This document shows, one piece after another, positions 14,408 to 26,825 of a DNA stretch of 64,000 nt (its first letter is position 1; each line of letters starts with the position of its first letter). Below the pieces are notes generated by a model, which was given only the letters and a program-made list of their open reading frames with translations, had not been told where the DNA came from and made no database searches. The stretch spans positions 115,570,001 to 115,634,000 of the forward strand of contig NC_086097.1 in assembly GCF_963921235.1 (NCBI RefSeq), written 5' to 3'. Made by a program: the position numbers and the translations under genes. The DNA comes from Mobula hypostoma (lineage: Eukaryota).

Positions 14408-15995
14408 TAAACACAAGATTCTGCAGATGCTGCAAATTAAGAGCAACACTCCCAATATGCTGGAGGATCTCAGCAGGTCAGGCAGCATCTATGGAAATGG
14501 ATAAACAATCAATGTTTCGGGCCGAGACTCTACTTCAGGACTGGAAAAGAAGAGGAAAGACATCTGAATAAATAGGTGAGGGAAGAGGAAGTGGTCCAGC
14601 TGAAAGGTGAAACCAGCTGGAAGAAGAAGGAATCTGATAGGAGAGGGTAGTGGATAGGAAAAGGAAGGAGGAGGGGCACACGAGGGAGGTGATAGGCAGA
14701 CCAAGAGAAGAGATAAGTGGCCTGAGCGTGAAATGGAAGAAGAGGGAAGGGGAATGAATAAAAAAAAGATTACCAGAAGGAGAAATTGATATTAATGTCA
14801 TCAGTTTGAAATACAGAAGATGCGGTACTGCTCCTCCACCCTGAGAGTGGCCTCAATGTGGCAAAAGATATGTCAAAGTGGGAATGGGGATAGGAATTAA
14901 AATGGTTGGCCATCGCAAAATTCTACTTTTGGCAGATGGAGTGCAATTCCTTAACAAAGTGGTCTCCCAACTTATGACAGGTCTCACCAGTGTAGAGGAG
15001 TCTACATCGGGAGCACCAGATACAATAGATGACCCCAACAGATTCACAGATGAAGTGTTGCCTCACTTGGAAGGACTGTTTGGGGCCCTGAATGGAGATG
15101 AGGGAGGAGGTGTACGGGCAGGTGTAGCACTTTGGCCACTTGCAGGGGTATGTGCCAGGAGGGAGATTAGTGGACAGGGATGAATGGAGATAGGGATCAT
15201 GGAAGGAGCAATCCCTGCAGAAAGTGGAGAGTGCAAGGGGGGTAAAGTTGTATTTGGTAGTAGGATACCATTGAAGATGGTGGAAGTTGCAGAGAATGAT
15301 GCGTGGGGTGTGCAGAATCATGGCTGGAGGTGTTCTCTTCCGTTTGCCAGAGATGCAGAGAGTCTGAAACACGGGTGTACTTTGAGTTGACTTTTAAGCA
15401 AGGCAGGCACGTATCACATGGTAGTGTGATGACGCAAGCAATTAATGTATTATACATATAATGTGTAATTAATTATTTAAACAAACTAGACTGATTAATC
15501 AAAGAATACTCGAATATTATACAAGATCACTCAAATATTACAGAAATATCAAATACACAACCCCATCTTTCTACCACCTTAACAGGGATAGAGTTTCTCT
15601 TGTCCTCACCTACCACCCCGTGAGCCTCCGTTCCAACTCATCGTTCTCCTCAATTTCCCCTATCTTCACAGGGATCCTACCACTACCTCCCTCTTACACT
15701 CTGTTTTCTGCATTGATTGCTCCCTCCGTGGTTCCCCTGTCCGCTCGTCCCTCCCCATTAATGTCCCTGCTGGCACATACCCCTGCAGGCCGCTAAAGTG
15801 CCACACCTGCCCATTCATCTCCTCCCTCATGGTCCAAACAATCCTTCCAGGTGAGGCAACACTTCACCAGCGAATGGTTTGGGGTCGTCTATTGTATCCG
15901 GCACTCCCGCTGTGGGCTCGTCTGTAACGTTGATTGTTTATTCCTTTCATAAATGTTGCCTGACCTGCTGGGTTCATCCAGCATTTTGTGTATGT
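14408..15995. mobile_element. Penelope-like element fragments in inverted arrangement (minus 14408-~15310, plus ~15562-15995)
   Basis: GIY-YIG motif VIYCIWCSRCRLLYTGET on minus; the same region recurs on plus (tccttccaggtgaggcaacacttcacc); both arms end in the Penelope 3' tail. Confidence 0.8.
15331..15561 (-). mobile_element. Probable short solo LTR at the Penelope inversion junction
   Basis: AT-rich non-Penelope block from 'tgttctc' to 'acacaac' (near TGTT...AACA termini); no TSD seen. Confidence 0.4.
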
Positions 15996-16389
15996 GTCAT
16001 TAAGTGGTTACCCATTTCAGGTTAACCACATGTTTTCAGCTGCTTTTGATAAGTGCAGTAATTTTAGCACACCTGGAATTCCAAGTAGCTTACAATTACT
16101 ATGCAATTCTTTCACTGCGTTTAGAAAAGTGATTCCTGTTTAACTGGATGAAAATTCACATGCAAAGACACAATATAATTTCTGATTATACGTTCCTGAA
16201 TTTCACTCACTGAAGCATTTTCTGATTGTACATTTGTGACAATTTTCTGAGTACAGCCTGTGTATAATGCTATAAGCACAGAAGCCATGTTGTGGGAAGA
16301 TTGGAAGTTAAAATCAAATTCAGCTCCAACAAGACTTAGAATATCCTAGATTCTGTGCCTGTATTCCATCAATCATCACGAGGAAGGCA

Positions 16390-16998
16390 AATTCAAATTC
16401 AGCATTCGTCTCAAGCAGACTAGAATATAAAAGCAAGGATGTAATGTTAAGGCTTTATAAGGCATTGATTAGACCACATTTAGAGCATGTGAGCAAATTT
16501 GGTCCACTTATCAAAGAAAGGTTTAACTGGAATTAGAGAGGGTTTAGAGGAGGCTTGCAACAATGATCCCAAAATGAAAGGGTTAATGCATGAGGACTAC
16601 TCACTGGAGTTCAGAAGAAAAAGTGGGGGATCTCATTGAAACCTATTGAATATTGAAAGCCTTAGATAGAGTAGACACGGAGAGGATGTTTTCTAGAGTG
16701 GGTGAGTCTAGGACCAGAGGGCACAGCCACAGAGTAGAAGGATGTCCCTTCAGAACAGAAATGAGGAGTTACTTCTTCAGCCAGAGGATGGTGAACCCAT
16801 GGAATTCATTGACACAGGCAACTGTGAAAGCCAAGTCATTGGGTATATTTAAAGCGGAGATTGATGTGCTCTTGGTTAGTAAGGCTGTCAAAGGTTATGG
16901 TGACAAGGAAGGAAAATGGGATTGAAAGGGATAACCAAGTTGGAACTATGGAAGCAGATTTGATGGGCCAATTGGCCTAACTCTTCTCCTATGGTCTT
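16390..16998 (+). mobile_element. Degenerate CR1 3' fragment
   Basis: ORF 16653-16925 (DRVD...RTRGH...QRMVNPWN). Confidence 0.8.
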
Positions 16999-18359
16999 AT
17001 GAAAATGAATGAAGTAAAAGAGGTCTGTTGCCCAGTTGTAAGAATGTTCTTGCTTATATGCAACTTTGAAAGATCCTTCCCATGTCTACCTTTCAAATTA
17101 ATGCTGTTTCCTCTCACAGCAAATATGATCATTCAGCAGTCACGAAGAAGGGTCTTGGTCCGAAATGTCCATTGTTTACTCTTTCCCAAAGATGCTGCCT
17201 GTCCTGCTGAGTTCCACCAGTATTTTGTGTGTGCTGCTTTGGATTTCCAACATCTGCAGATTTTCCTGTGTCTGTGCAATATAATGATGGCTGGTTTTTT
17301 TCTTACTGTAATCCCTTAATACCATCACAAATTAAATGATTTTTCATGATAACTGTAATCCTATGATCTGAAAATGGTGCACAAAGGAGATAAGTCTCCC
17401 AGTTACTACTTTTGTGTTTAGTACAACAAACTCAGTTCTGTTTGAATGTGTATTCTCATCTGCAACCCAGTATCCATGGCTTTTGTGTTTTATTATAAGG
17501 AACAAAGAGCTACTCAAATCTGTTTGAGATTTACACATCACGTGAATGATTGGCAGAAGTTTGATTATCACTACCTAACAATATTTCCTGTCATCTGGTA
17601 CCCATTCGAATGCAAAATGCAGAACTCAATCAAAAATCTCATCCCCTGTGTCCTCATAAACCTGACAGAAATATCATATAAAATGCAACCTCCAAAGTAT
17701 AAATCTTCCATTAATCAGAGGATAACATAATCACCTCACACAACTGGAATTCCATACAGATTGACACATCAGTAATTTTGTCACATTATCGTGCTTCTCC
17801 CTGAGGCTTTCATTATTCTGTCACAACTGAGGGTAAGTGCAAACCTTCTATCAACCGTGCGTGTATCTTGCCTGAAAAGAAAATGCTAAAAAATGCATAT
17901 ATGCATGCTAGTTTGCATTGATGGCTATGTTTTCAGAAGCCAACTGTTTTGATTTACTGCACAATGGTTCTGGAAATTGATATTGAACCCACAAAAGAGC
18001 AGAGATCATAAAGTTGTGCACGCATGTGATATGTATCAAATGGTTCAATAACAGCAGGCATGTGAATGATTTTTCTGAAGGTCTGCTCCAACAAGGATGT
18101 ATTGCATGCTAGCTCGAAGGGCAGTGTACTCAGGACATAATCAATGTGGTTGAGAGTTAAGATGACAGATGCGGTGGAGAGAGGCACAGAGGAAAGGGGC
18201 CCATGGAGTTGGGAGTTTACTCAGGGCAGTGTCAGAGAAGGATCTGGACCACGTAGTCTGGGTTTCAGGGGTAATGATTGAATTGGCAGGTTGTAGGCAT
18301 AAATGGGATGGGGCTTGTGGGTTGGTCGGCCAGAGGGAAAATACTGCAAGGACTGTGTT

Positions 18360-18915
18360 ATCTTGAAGTTGTATAAAACATTGATGAGGCCTAATTTGGA
18401 GTATTGTGTGCAGTTTTGATCACCTACCTACAGCAAAGATGTAAATAAGGCTGAAAAAATACAAAGAAAATTTACAGTGATGTTGCTGTGACTGGAGGAC
18501 CTGAGTTATATGAAAAGTCTGGATAGGTTCCAACTTTATTCTGCAAAATGTAGAAGATTGAGAGGAGATTTGATAGAGTTATAGAAAATTATGGGGGGTA
18601 AATGAAAACAGGCTTTTTCCACTAAGGTTGGGTGGGACTGCAACCAGAGGTCATGGGTTAAGGGTGAAAGATGAAAAGTTTAAGGGGAACATGAAGGGAA
18701 ACTTCTTCACTTAGAGGACCATGAGAGTATGGAATGAGCTGCCAATACAAGTGATGGATGTGAGTCTGATATCAACATTTAAGAGAAGCATGGATGGTAG
18801 GGGTATGGAGGGCTATAGTCCCAGTGCAGGTCAATGGGAGTAGGCAGATTCAATGGTTTGGCACAGACTAGATGGGCCAAAGGGCCTGTTTCTGTGCTGT
18901 ACTTTTCTATGAATC
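18360..18915 (+). mobile_element. Degenerate CR1 3' fragment
   Basis: 'ttggagtattgtgtgcagttttg', 'aaccagaggtcat', 3' end 'gggcctgtttctgtgctgtacttttctatg'. Confidence 0.8.
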
Positions 18916-20482
18916 TAACTCTAAGTAGTCTTACATGAAGCCGTTTCTGAATGCTTTGCTACACATGCTTGGGCAGGTTCCCTTTACGTTACAACACTTC
19001 CTTTGACCAAGTTTACAATTTACAAGCATGTCACTACTGAATCAAATCTTTGGCCAAAAAAAAAGTACAATCTGCTGGTGGAACTCCACAGGTAAGGCAG
19101 CATTTATGGAGTGAAATCAAGGTTTCAGGAGGTGACCCTTGATCCAGACTCAGATGGTTGATGTTTTATGCTGAGACATTTCCAAAACAAATCTTTAAAA
19201 GATGGAAAATGATCAAACAGCAAACAGCCTTTCCTTCACATCAGAAAGCAAAAATTACTCTGTGACTTGGCCGCTCTTATCTTGAGTCGTATTTGTAGGA
19301 AACACACCACAGAAAATTAGGGGCATAAAATTTCAAGGATTGGATGGTCCATAGTGAAAGTAGAGTAGGTGGAATGTTTGTGGCAGACTTAAGCATAGTT
19401 TGGAATATAAAGTCTTTCTGGAAAACACTTATTCTGAACATGTTGTAGATCTCTAGTGACAATGCGTTGAACATATCATGGGCCTCCTCTGCTGGTGTGT
19501 TGGAAAATTCAACTTAGATACAGTGTTCTGGAAATTTGCAGTTTCAGCATCCACAATGTCTGAGTCCCAAAATGAGCTAGAGACCCTGCTGCTTCAAGAT
19601 TTCATTCAATTAGAGGCATCTGACCATTCAGTAAACCAGGTGTGACGAAAGAGCACAATGAATTAGAATTAGAATCAGGTTTATTATTACTGAAATACAT
19701 CATAAAATTTATTGTTTTTGCAGGAGCAGCACCACGCAATACATAAAAGACACTATGAGTTATGATAAGAAATCTAAAACAATATATAATTAGGGCAAAA
19801 AAGAGAGCAATAGTGAGGTAGTGTTTGTGGACCATTTAGAAATCTGATGGTGGAGGGGGAAGAAGCTATTTCTAGAATGATGAGGGTGTGCCTCAAGGCT
19901 CCTGTACTTCCTCTCTGATGGTAGTAATGAAAAGAATACATGTCCTTGGTGGTGTAGTTCTTTAATCCTCTGAATACTTCCTATCAGGAGCAGTGTTTGT
20001 GAATTAGCCATGATTTTGGAACTCCTGATTATGCAACACTGTTTATCAACTTGGCTGGGTGGCACTCAGCCACATTATTCCAAAAAGGTCCTTTCATTGG
20101 TCATTCACAAGCTACAATGGGGGAACTTCAATACCGCTCCAGCTAAGCATCATTTTAAATCAGTTGGATACTCCTTAGAGCACCATGACAGTTAGATCTC
20201 AATTGTAACTGCAAGTCAGATAAAGAGATACTTCGAACATCCATGTATCATCCATAAGACAATTGCCACCCCACCCTCCTGAGACATGTACCATACTACT
20301 TCCCCTAATAGAATAAAAAAAGGTGAACTGGATCACAGGAACAGATTAATTCTTTTACACTGTAGGCTTACAGATGCTGATTGATCAATTGTATGCTTCT
20401 CTATTTAGTTACATACCGTATCTAACAATATGTTGAATCACCGAAGTATTGGACCCAGAGTCAGCAGACAGAGTGGTAAATC

Positions 20483-20900
20483 ATGAATACGACATATTCT
20501 GCAGATGCTGGAAATCCACACAAAATGACAGAGTGGCCCATAGCAGGACAGGCAGCACTTACGGAGGGGAATAAACAGTTGACATTTCAACCCAAGGTCC
20601 TTCATCGGGACTGGAATGGAAGATGGAAGAAGCCAGAATAAGAAGGTGGGTGGAGACGAAGGAGTAAAAGCTGGCAAAGGACGGGTGAAACCAGGTGAAG
20701 GAGAAAGTAGGTGGGTGAGGGAGCAGAGATGAAGTGAGAAATCGGAGGTGATAGGTGAAGAGGTAAAGGGTTGAAGAAGAAGGAATTTGACAGGGGAGGA
20801 GAGTAGACCATGGATGAAAAGGAAGGAGAAGGGTAATCAGAGGGAGGCGATAAGCAGGTGGGGAAGAAAGGGTTAGAGGAGAGCCTGAATGGGGTTATGG
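20483..20900 (-). mobile_element. Penelope 3' terminal (pLTR) fragment
   Basis: 'tctgcagatgctggaaatcc', decayed hammerhead segment and purine-rich tract shared with 24138-24527. Confidence 0.7.
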
Positions 20901-21917
20901 CATGAGAGAAGGGGTGGAGAATAGAAATAAAGAATGCAGTGTGTGGATATTTTAACTTGATGTATAGCATCCTGTGAGAATATGGTGTTCCCTCATCCAG
21001 GCTATATTGGTCCTTGAGGTGAGCTCCTGTTCCAGGTACAAGTCACTGCCCTCAATGGTCCAGAGAGAAAGAAAGTTTATCTTCTCACAGATCTCCTACA
21101 ATACAATCTCAAGATCTTAGTCAGTTAACCTTGGAGCATGTTCCCTCCTCTCCCTCCCTCCTTCATCTCTCAGGATTACTGCCTGAGCCATGCGCTAATG
21201 AAGGTAATAATAGCAGAATTAAGCAGATGAATGTGTGGCTAAGTAACTGGTGCAGGGGGAAGGGCTTCAAATTCTTGGATCATTGGGCTCTATTTTGGGG
21301 GAGGTATGACTTACACAAAAACAGTGGGTTACACCTGAACTCGAAGGGTAACTAATATCCTGGTGGGATTATTTAATACAGTTGTTAGGGAGGGTTTAAA
21401 CTAAATTGGCAGGGGATAGGAAACCAGGGTGCTAAGGTCGAGGAAGAGGGAAATAGAAATACGTCAAAGATACTGTGCAGCAAAGATGGCAAGTAGGACA
21501 GGCTGGTGAATAGACAGGATAATTTGCAGTGCGATAGAAACATAGCAAAATCGGTAACAAATACTGTTCTAAATGTACTGTACTTAAATGCAAGCAGCAT
21601 TAGAAATAAAGTGGATGACCTTGTTGTACAGCTACAGGTTAAAAGATATGACATTGTGGCCATCACCGAGTCATGGCTAAATGATGGATATGATTGGGAG
21701 CTGAATGTCCAAGGATGCACTGTGTATAGGAAAGATAAGAAGGTAGGTAAAGGGGGTTGCGTGGCCCTGATGGTAAGCAACGATATCAAATCACTAGAAA
21801 GAAGGGACATAGGATCAGAAGAGGTATAATCCTTATGGGTTGAGTTAAGAAACGGCAAGGGTAAAAAGACACTAATAGCAATTATATACAGGCCTCCAAA
21901 CAGCAGTCGGGATGTGG

Positions 21918-22136
21918 TGTGGCGTCCCACTTTCCACACAAGCGAACCGGCTCACAAAATAGCTCGCGTGCGGGGAGGGACTTTTGTAATGCACCTCTGA
22001 CGTCATTTCCGCCCGGAAAGGGCTGGAAGGGAACTACTTAAAAGCCAGTGCCGCGAAGTTTGAATAAACGAGTCTCAAGTGCGAGTTACTGACTGCGTGT
22101 CGTTATTTCTAGCTCTGTGTGTAGCACATCGCTACA
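21918..22136 (+). mobile_element. 219-bp solo LTR (Gypsy-like)
   Basis: Termini TGTGGCG...CGCTACA; 4-bp TSD GTGG at 21914-21917 and 22137-22140; AATAAA at 22063-22068; removal restores the CR1 endonuclease sequence. Confidence 0.88.
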
Positions 22137-24196
22137 GTGGATTACAAGTTATAAGTGGAAATTGAAAAAGCGTGTCAGAAGGAAAATGTCAAGATAATTA
22201 TGGGGGATTTGAATATGAAGGTGGATTGGGAAAGTCAGGAAGTTACTGGATCTCAGGAGAGGGAGTTTGTAGAATACCTATGGGATGGATTTTTGGAGCA
22301 GCTTGTCTATAAACCCACCAGGGGACCGGCTGTTTTGGATTGGGTGCTGTGTAATGAATCTGAGGTGATTAGGGAGCTGGAGGTAATGGAACCCCTTGGA
22401 AGTAGTGATCATAATATGATTGAGTTCAGTTTCAAATCTGAAAGGGAGAAGCTGGTATCAGGTGTATTGATATTTCAGTGGAACAAAGGAAATTACAGTG
22501 GTATGAGAGAGGAACTGGTCCAAGTCGATTGGAAAAGTAAGCTAGATGGAGGGACAGTAGAGCAGAATTGGATGAAATTCCTACAAGTAATAAGGAAAAT
22601 GCAGGAAAAATATATTCCTAGAAAAAGTCTTGTACAACTTCAACATAACATCCCAACATACTGAGAGAATCACGAGTATTACAGCAAAGGTCATTATATG
22701 ATACAATTTATCTTTCACGGAAATTGATAAAATCTCCCCACGATGGTTGATGATATATTATGGAAAATTCAATTTTGCTGCTATGACAACAGCTTCCGTT
22801 ACACTCTCTGATTGTCTCTTGGTGAATTACTTTTAAATAAAATTGTCTAGTTTATAACAGGCCAACCTGTATTCAGGGTTAAGTAGCCGCAGAACTGACT
22901 TGGACACTTCCTCAGATCTATTTATTATTTATTATATTCCTATGTTTTCAATTGGTTTGTAAATAAATTTTACTCACAGTTATTTTGCCTGCCTCTCACG
23001 CTACACATACATTCACTATCTCCCAACACATACGGCATCCTGATTCTTGAAAAGAGTCATGATATGAATGATTTGATTTGTATAAACAATATGCAAGACA
23101 AGCTTTTCAGTATATCAAGAAGGCAAAAATTTGTGGGAAAACTGAGGACTGGACGACTTTTAAAAATGTACAGCAGGAAACTAAGAAAGTCATTAGGAAA
23201 GAAAAGATGAATTATAAAAGGAAGTTGGCAATTAACATAAAAATGGATACTAAGAGTTTTTAAAAATATATGTAGAGCAAAAGAGTAATACGAGTAGATA
23301 TAGGACCGACTGAAAATGATGCTGGAGAAATTATAATGGGTAACAAAGAGATGGCAGAGGAACTAAATGAGTATTTTGCATTAGTCTTCACAGTGGAAGA
23401 TTAACAATATACTTGATAGCCAGAGGTCTCAAGGAATTAAATTAGGTACAGTCAAGATTACTAGAGAGAAAGTGCTTGAGAAGCTAAATGGACTAAGAAT
23501 AGATAAGTCTCCCAGACCACATGAGGTGCACCCATGGGTTCTGAAGGAGGTGGCTTTGGAGATTGTGGAAGCATTGGAAATGATCTTCCAGGAACCAATA
23601 GACTCTGGCATGGTTTGGGAGGACTGGAAGGTCGCAAGTGTAGTTCCGCTGTTTAAGAAAGGAGGGAGGCAGCAAAAAGAAAATTACAGACCTATTAGTC
23701 TGACATCGGTAGTTGGAAAGTTATTGGAGTCGATCCTCAAGGATGAGGCTATGAAATACCTCTAGGTGCATGACAAGATAGGCCCAAGCCAGCATGGTTT
23801 CATGGAGGGAAGATCCTGCCTCACCAACCTATTGGAATTTTTTGAGGTAATCTCAAATACGATTGACAAGGGAGAGGCTGTGGATGTTGTGTATTTGGAT
23901 TTTCTAAAGGCCTTCGATAAGGTGCCGCATAAGAGGCTGCTTAATAAGATGAGAGCCCATGGAATTACAGGAAAGATATTGGAATGGGTGGAGCATTGGC
24001 TGATAGGCAGAAAGCAAAGGGTGGGAATAAAGGGATCCTATTCTGATTGGTTGCCGGTTACTAGTGGTGTTCTGCAAGGGTCGGTGTTGGGGCCGCTTCT
24101 TTTTACAATGTATATCGATGATTTAGATTATGGATTAGCAACACTCACAACATGCTGGAGGAACTCAGCAGGTCAGGCAGCATCAGTGGAAAAGAT

Positions 24197-24234
24197 CGGT
24201 CGACGTTTCGGGCTGGAACCCTTCGTCAGGACTG
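24197..24234 (-). ncRNA. Minimal type-I hammerhead ribozyme motif in Penelope pLTR
   Basis: Reverse complement reads cagtc-CTGACGA-a-gggt-tcca-gccc-GAAA-cgtc-gaccg: intact core, stems I and II, palindromic ACGT in place of stem III. Confidence 0.8.
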
Positions 24235-26787
24235 TAGGGGGAAGGGGGAAGAGGCCCTATAAAGAAGGTGGGGGGAGGGTGGGAAGGAGAAGGCTGGTAG
24301 GTTCCAGGAGAAAAACCAGTAAGGGGAGAGATAAAGGGGTGGGGGAGGGGAGGCAGGGAGGTGATAGGCAGGAAAGGTAAAGAAAGAATAGGGGAAAACA
24401 CAATGGATAGTAGAAGGAGGCGGAACCAAGAGGGAGGAGGTAGGCAGTTGGGGGAGGGGGCAGAGTGACATAGGGATAGGGGAAGTGAGGGGGAGGGAAT
24501 TACTGGAAGTTGGAGAATTCTATGTTCATACCAAGGGGCTGGAGACTACCTAGACGGTATATGAGGTGTTACTCCTCCAGCCTGAGTTTAGCCTCATCAT
24601 GGCAGTAGAGGAGGCCATGTATGGACATATCTGAATGGGAGTGGGAAGCAGAGTTGAAGTGGGTGGCTACTGGGAGATCCTGTCTGTTTTGGCGGACGGA
24701 GCGGAGGTGCGCGACGAAGCGGTCCCCCAATCTGCGTCGGGTTTCACCGATGTAGAGGAGGCTGCACCGGGAGCACCGGATGCAATAGATGACCCCAACA
24801 GACTCACAAGTGAAGTGTTGCCTCACCTGGAAGGACTGTTTGGGGCCCTGGATGGTGGCAAGAGAGGAGGTGTAGGGACAGGTGTAGCACTTACGCTTAC
24901 AGGGATAAGTGCCAGGTGGGAGATCCTTGGGGAGGGACATGTGGACCAGGGAGTCACGGAGGGACCAATCCCTGCAGAAGGCAGAGAGGGGTGGAGAGGG
25001 AAAGACGTACTTATTCGTGGGGTCCTGTTGAAGGTGGCGGAAGTTGCGGAGGATAATGTGCTGGATCCGGTGGCTAGTGGGGTGGTAGGTGAGGACAAGG
25101 GGATCTCTGTCCCTGTTGTGGTGGCAGGAGGATGGGGTGAGAGCCGATGTGCAGTAAATGGAGGAGATGCGGGTGAGAGCGTCATTAATGATAGCAGAAG
25201 GGAAACCACGATCCTTAAAGAAAGAGGACATTTGAGATGTCCTGGAATGGAAAATCTCATTCTTGGAGCAGATCCGGCGGAGACGGAGGAACTGGGAATA
25301 GGGAAAAGCATTTTTTCATGTGGCGGGGTGGGAAGAGGTATAGTTGAGGTAGTTATGAGAGTCAGTGGGCTTGTAGAAGATGTCAGTGGACAGTCTGTCT
25401 CCAGAAATGGAGACCGACAGATCGAGAAAGGGGAGAGAAGTGTCCGAGATAGACCAAGTGAATTTGAGGGCTGGGTGGAAGTTTGAAGTAAAGTGGATGA
25501 AATTGATGAGCTCAGCATGGGTGCAGGAAGCAGCACCAATGTAGTTGTCAATATACTGAAGGAAAAGTTGGGGAGCAGTACCAGAATAGGTTTGGAGCAC
25601 AGACTGTTCCACATAACGAGCAAAGAGGCAAGCATAGCAAGGGCCCATGCGAGTTCCCATAGCTTCACCCTTGGTCTGAAGAAGTGGGAAGAGCCAAAAG
25701 AGAAGTTATTGAGTGTGAGAACCAGTTCCGCCAACTGGAGTAGGGTAGTAGTAGTGGGGAACTGGTGAGGTCTATTATTCAGAAAGTAGTGGAGGGCTTT
25801 GAGGCCTTCTTCATGGGAAATGGAGGTGTATAGGGATTTGACATCCATAGTAAAAATGAAGCGGTTGGGATCGGGGAACTGGAAGTTATTGAAGAGGTGG
25901 AGGGCATGGGATGTATCCCGGATGTAGGTGGGGAGATACTGAACTATGGGTGACAAAATGGTGTCCAGTAGGCAGATACAAGTTTAGTGGGACAGGAGCA
26001 GGCAGAAACTATGGGTCTGCCAGGACTGTCAGACTTGTGGATCTTGGGGAGGAGGTAAAACCGAGCGGTACGGGGTGTGGGAATTAGGAGCCTAGTGGCT
26101 GAGGATGGAAGGTCTCCGGTATTGATAAGGGTGGTGATGGATGTTTTTTGGTGGGGTCCTGTTCCAGGGATAAGTAAGAAGAGCTGCCAGGAGCTGCCGT
26201 TTGGCCTCAGTGCGGTTGAGGTCCGTCCGCCAGTCTACTACAGCACCACCTTCGTCAGCGGGTTTGATGGTGAGGTTGGGATTAGTGCGGAGAGAGTGGA
26301 GGGCAGTGCGTTCAGAGGGAGTGAGGTTCGAACAGGAGAGAGGAGTGGTGAAGTTGAGACGGTTGATGTCTCGGTGACAGTGGGAGATAAAAAGATCGAG
26401 TGCAGGTAGAAGGTCGGGGCGGGGTGTCCAGGAGGAGGAGGAGGGTTGAAGACAGGAGAAGGGGTCATCAGTAGGGGGAGGGGAATCCTTGCCAAAGAAC
26501 ATAGAATTCTCCAACTTCCGGTAATTCCCTCCCCCTCCCTCCCCTATCCCTATTTCACTCTGCCCCCTCCCCCAGCTGCCTACCTCCTCCCTCTTGGTTC
26601 CGCCTCCTTCGACTATCCATTGTGTTTTCCCCTATTCCTTCTTCACCTTTCCTGCCTATCACTTCCCTGTCTCCCCTCTCCCACCCCTTTATCTCTCCCC
26701 TTACTGGTTTTTCACCTGGAACCTACCAACCTTCTCCTTCCCACCCTCCCCCCACCTTCTTTATAGGGCCTCTGCCCCCTCCCTCTA

Positions 26788-26825
26788 CAGTCCTGACGAA
26801 GGGTTCTGGCCCGAAACGTCGACCG
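26788..26825 (+). ncRNA. Minimal type-I hammerhead ribozyme motif in Penelope pLTR
   Basis: cagtc-CTGACGA(26793-26799)-a-gggttctggccc-GAAA(26813-26816)-cgtc-gaccg; predicted cleavage after GUC at 26820. Confidence 0.82.

Noticed and set aside
17760..17838. Strong donor GG|GTAAGT at 17833
   Set aside because: The nearest upstream acceptor gives stops in all frames.
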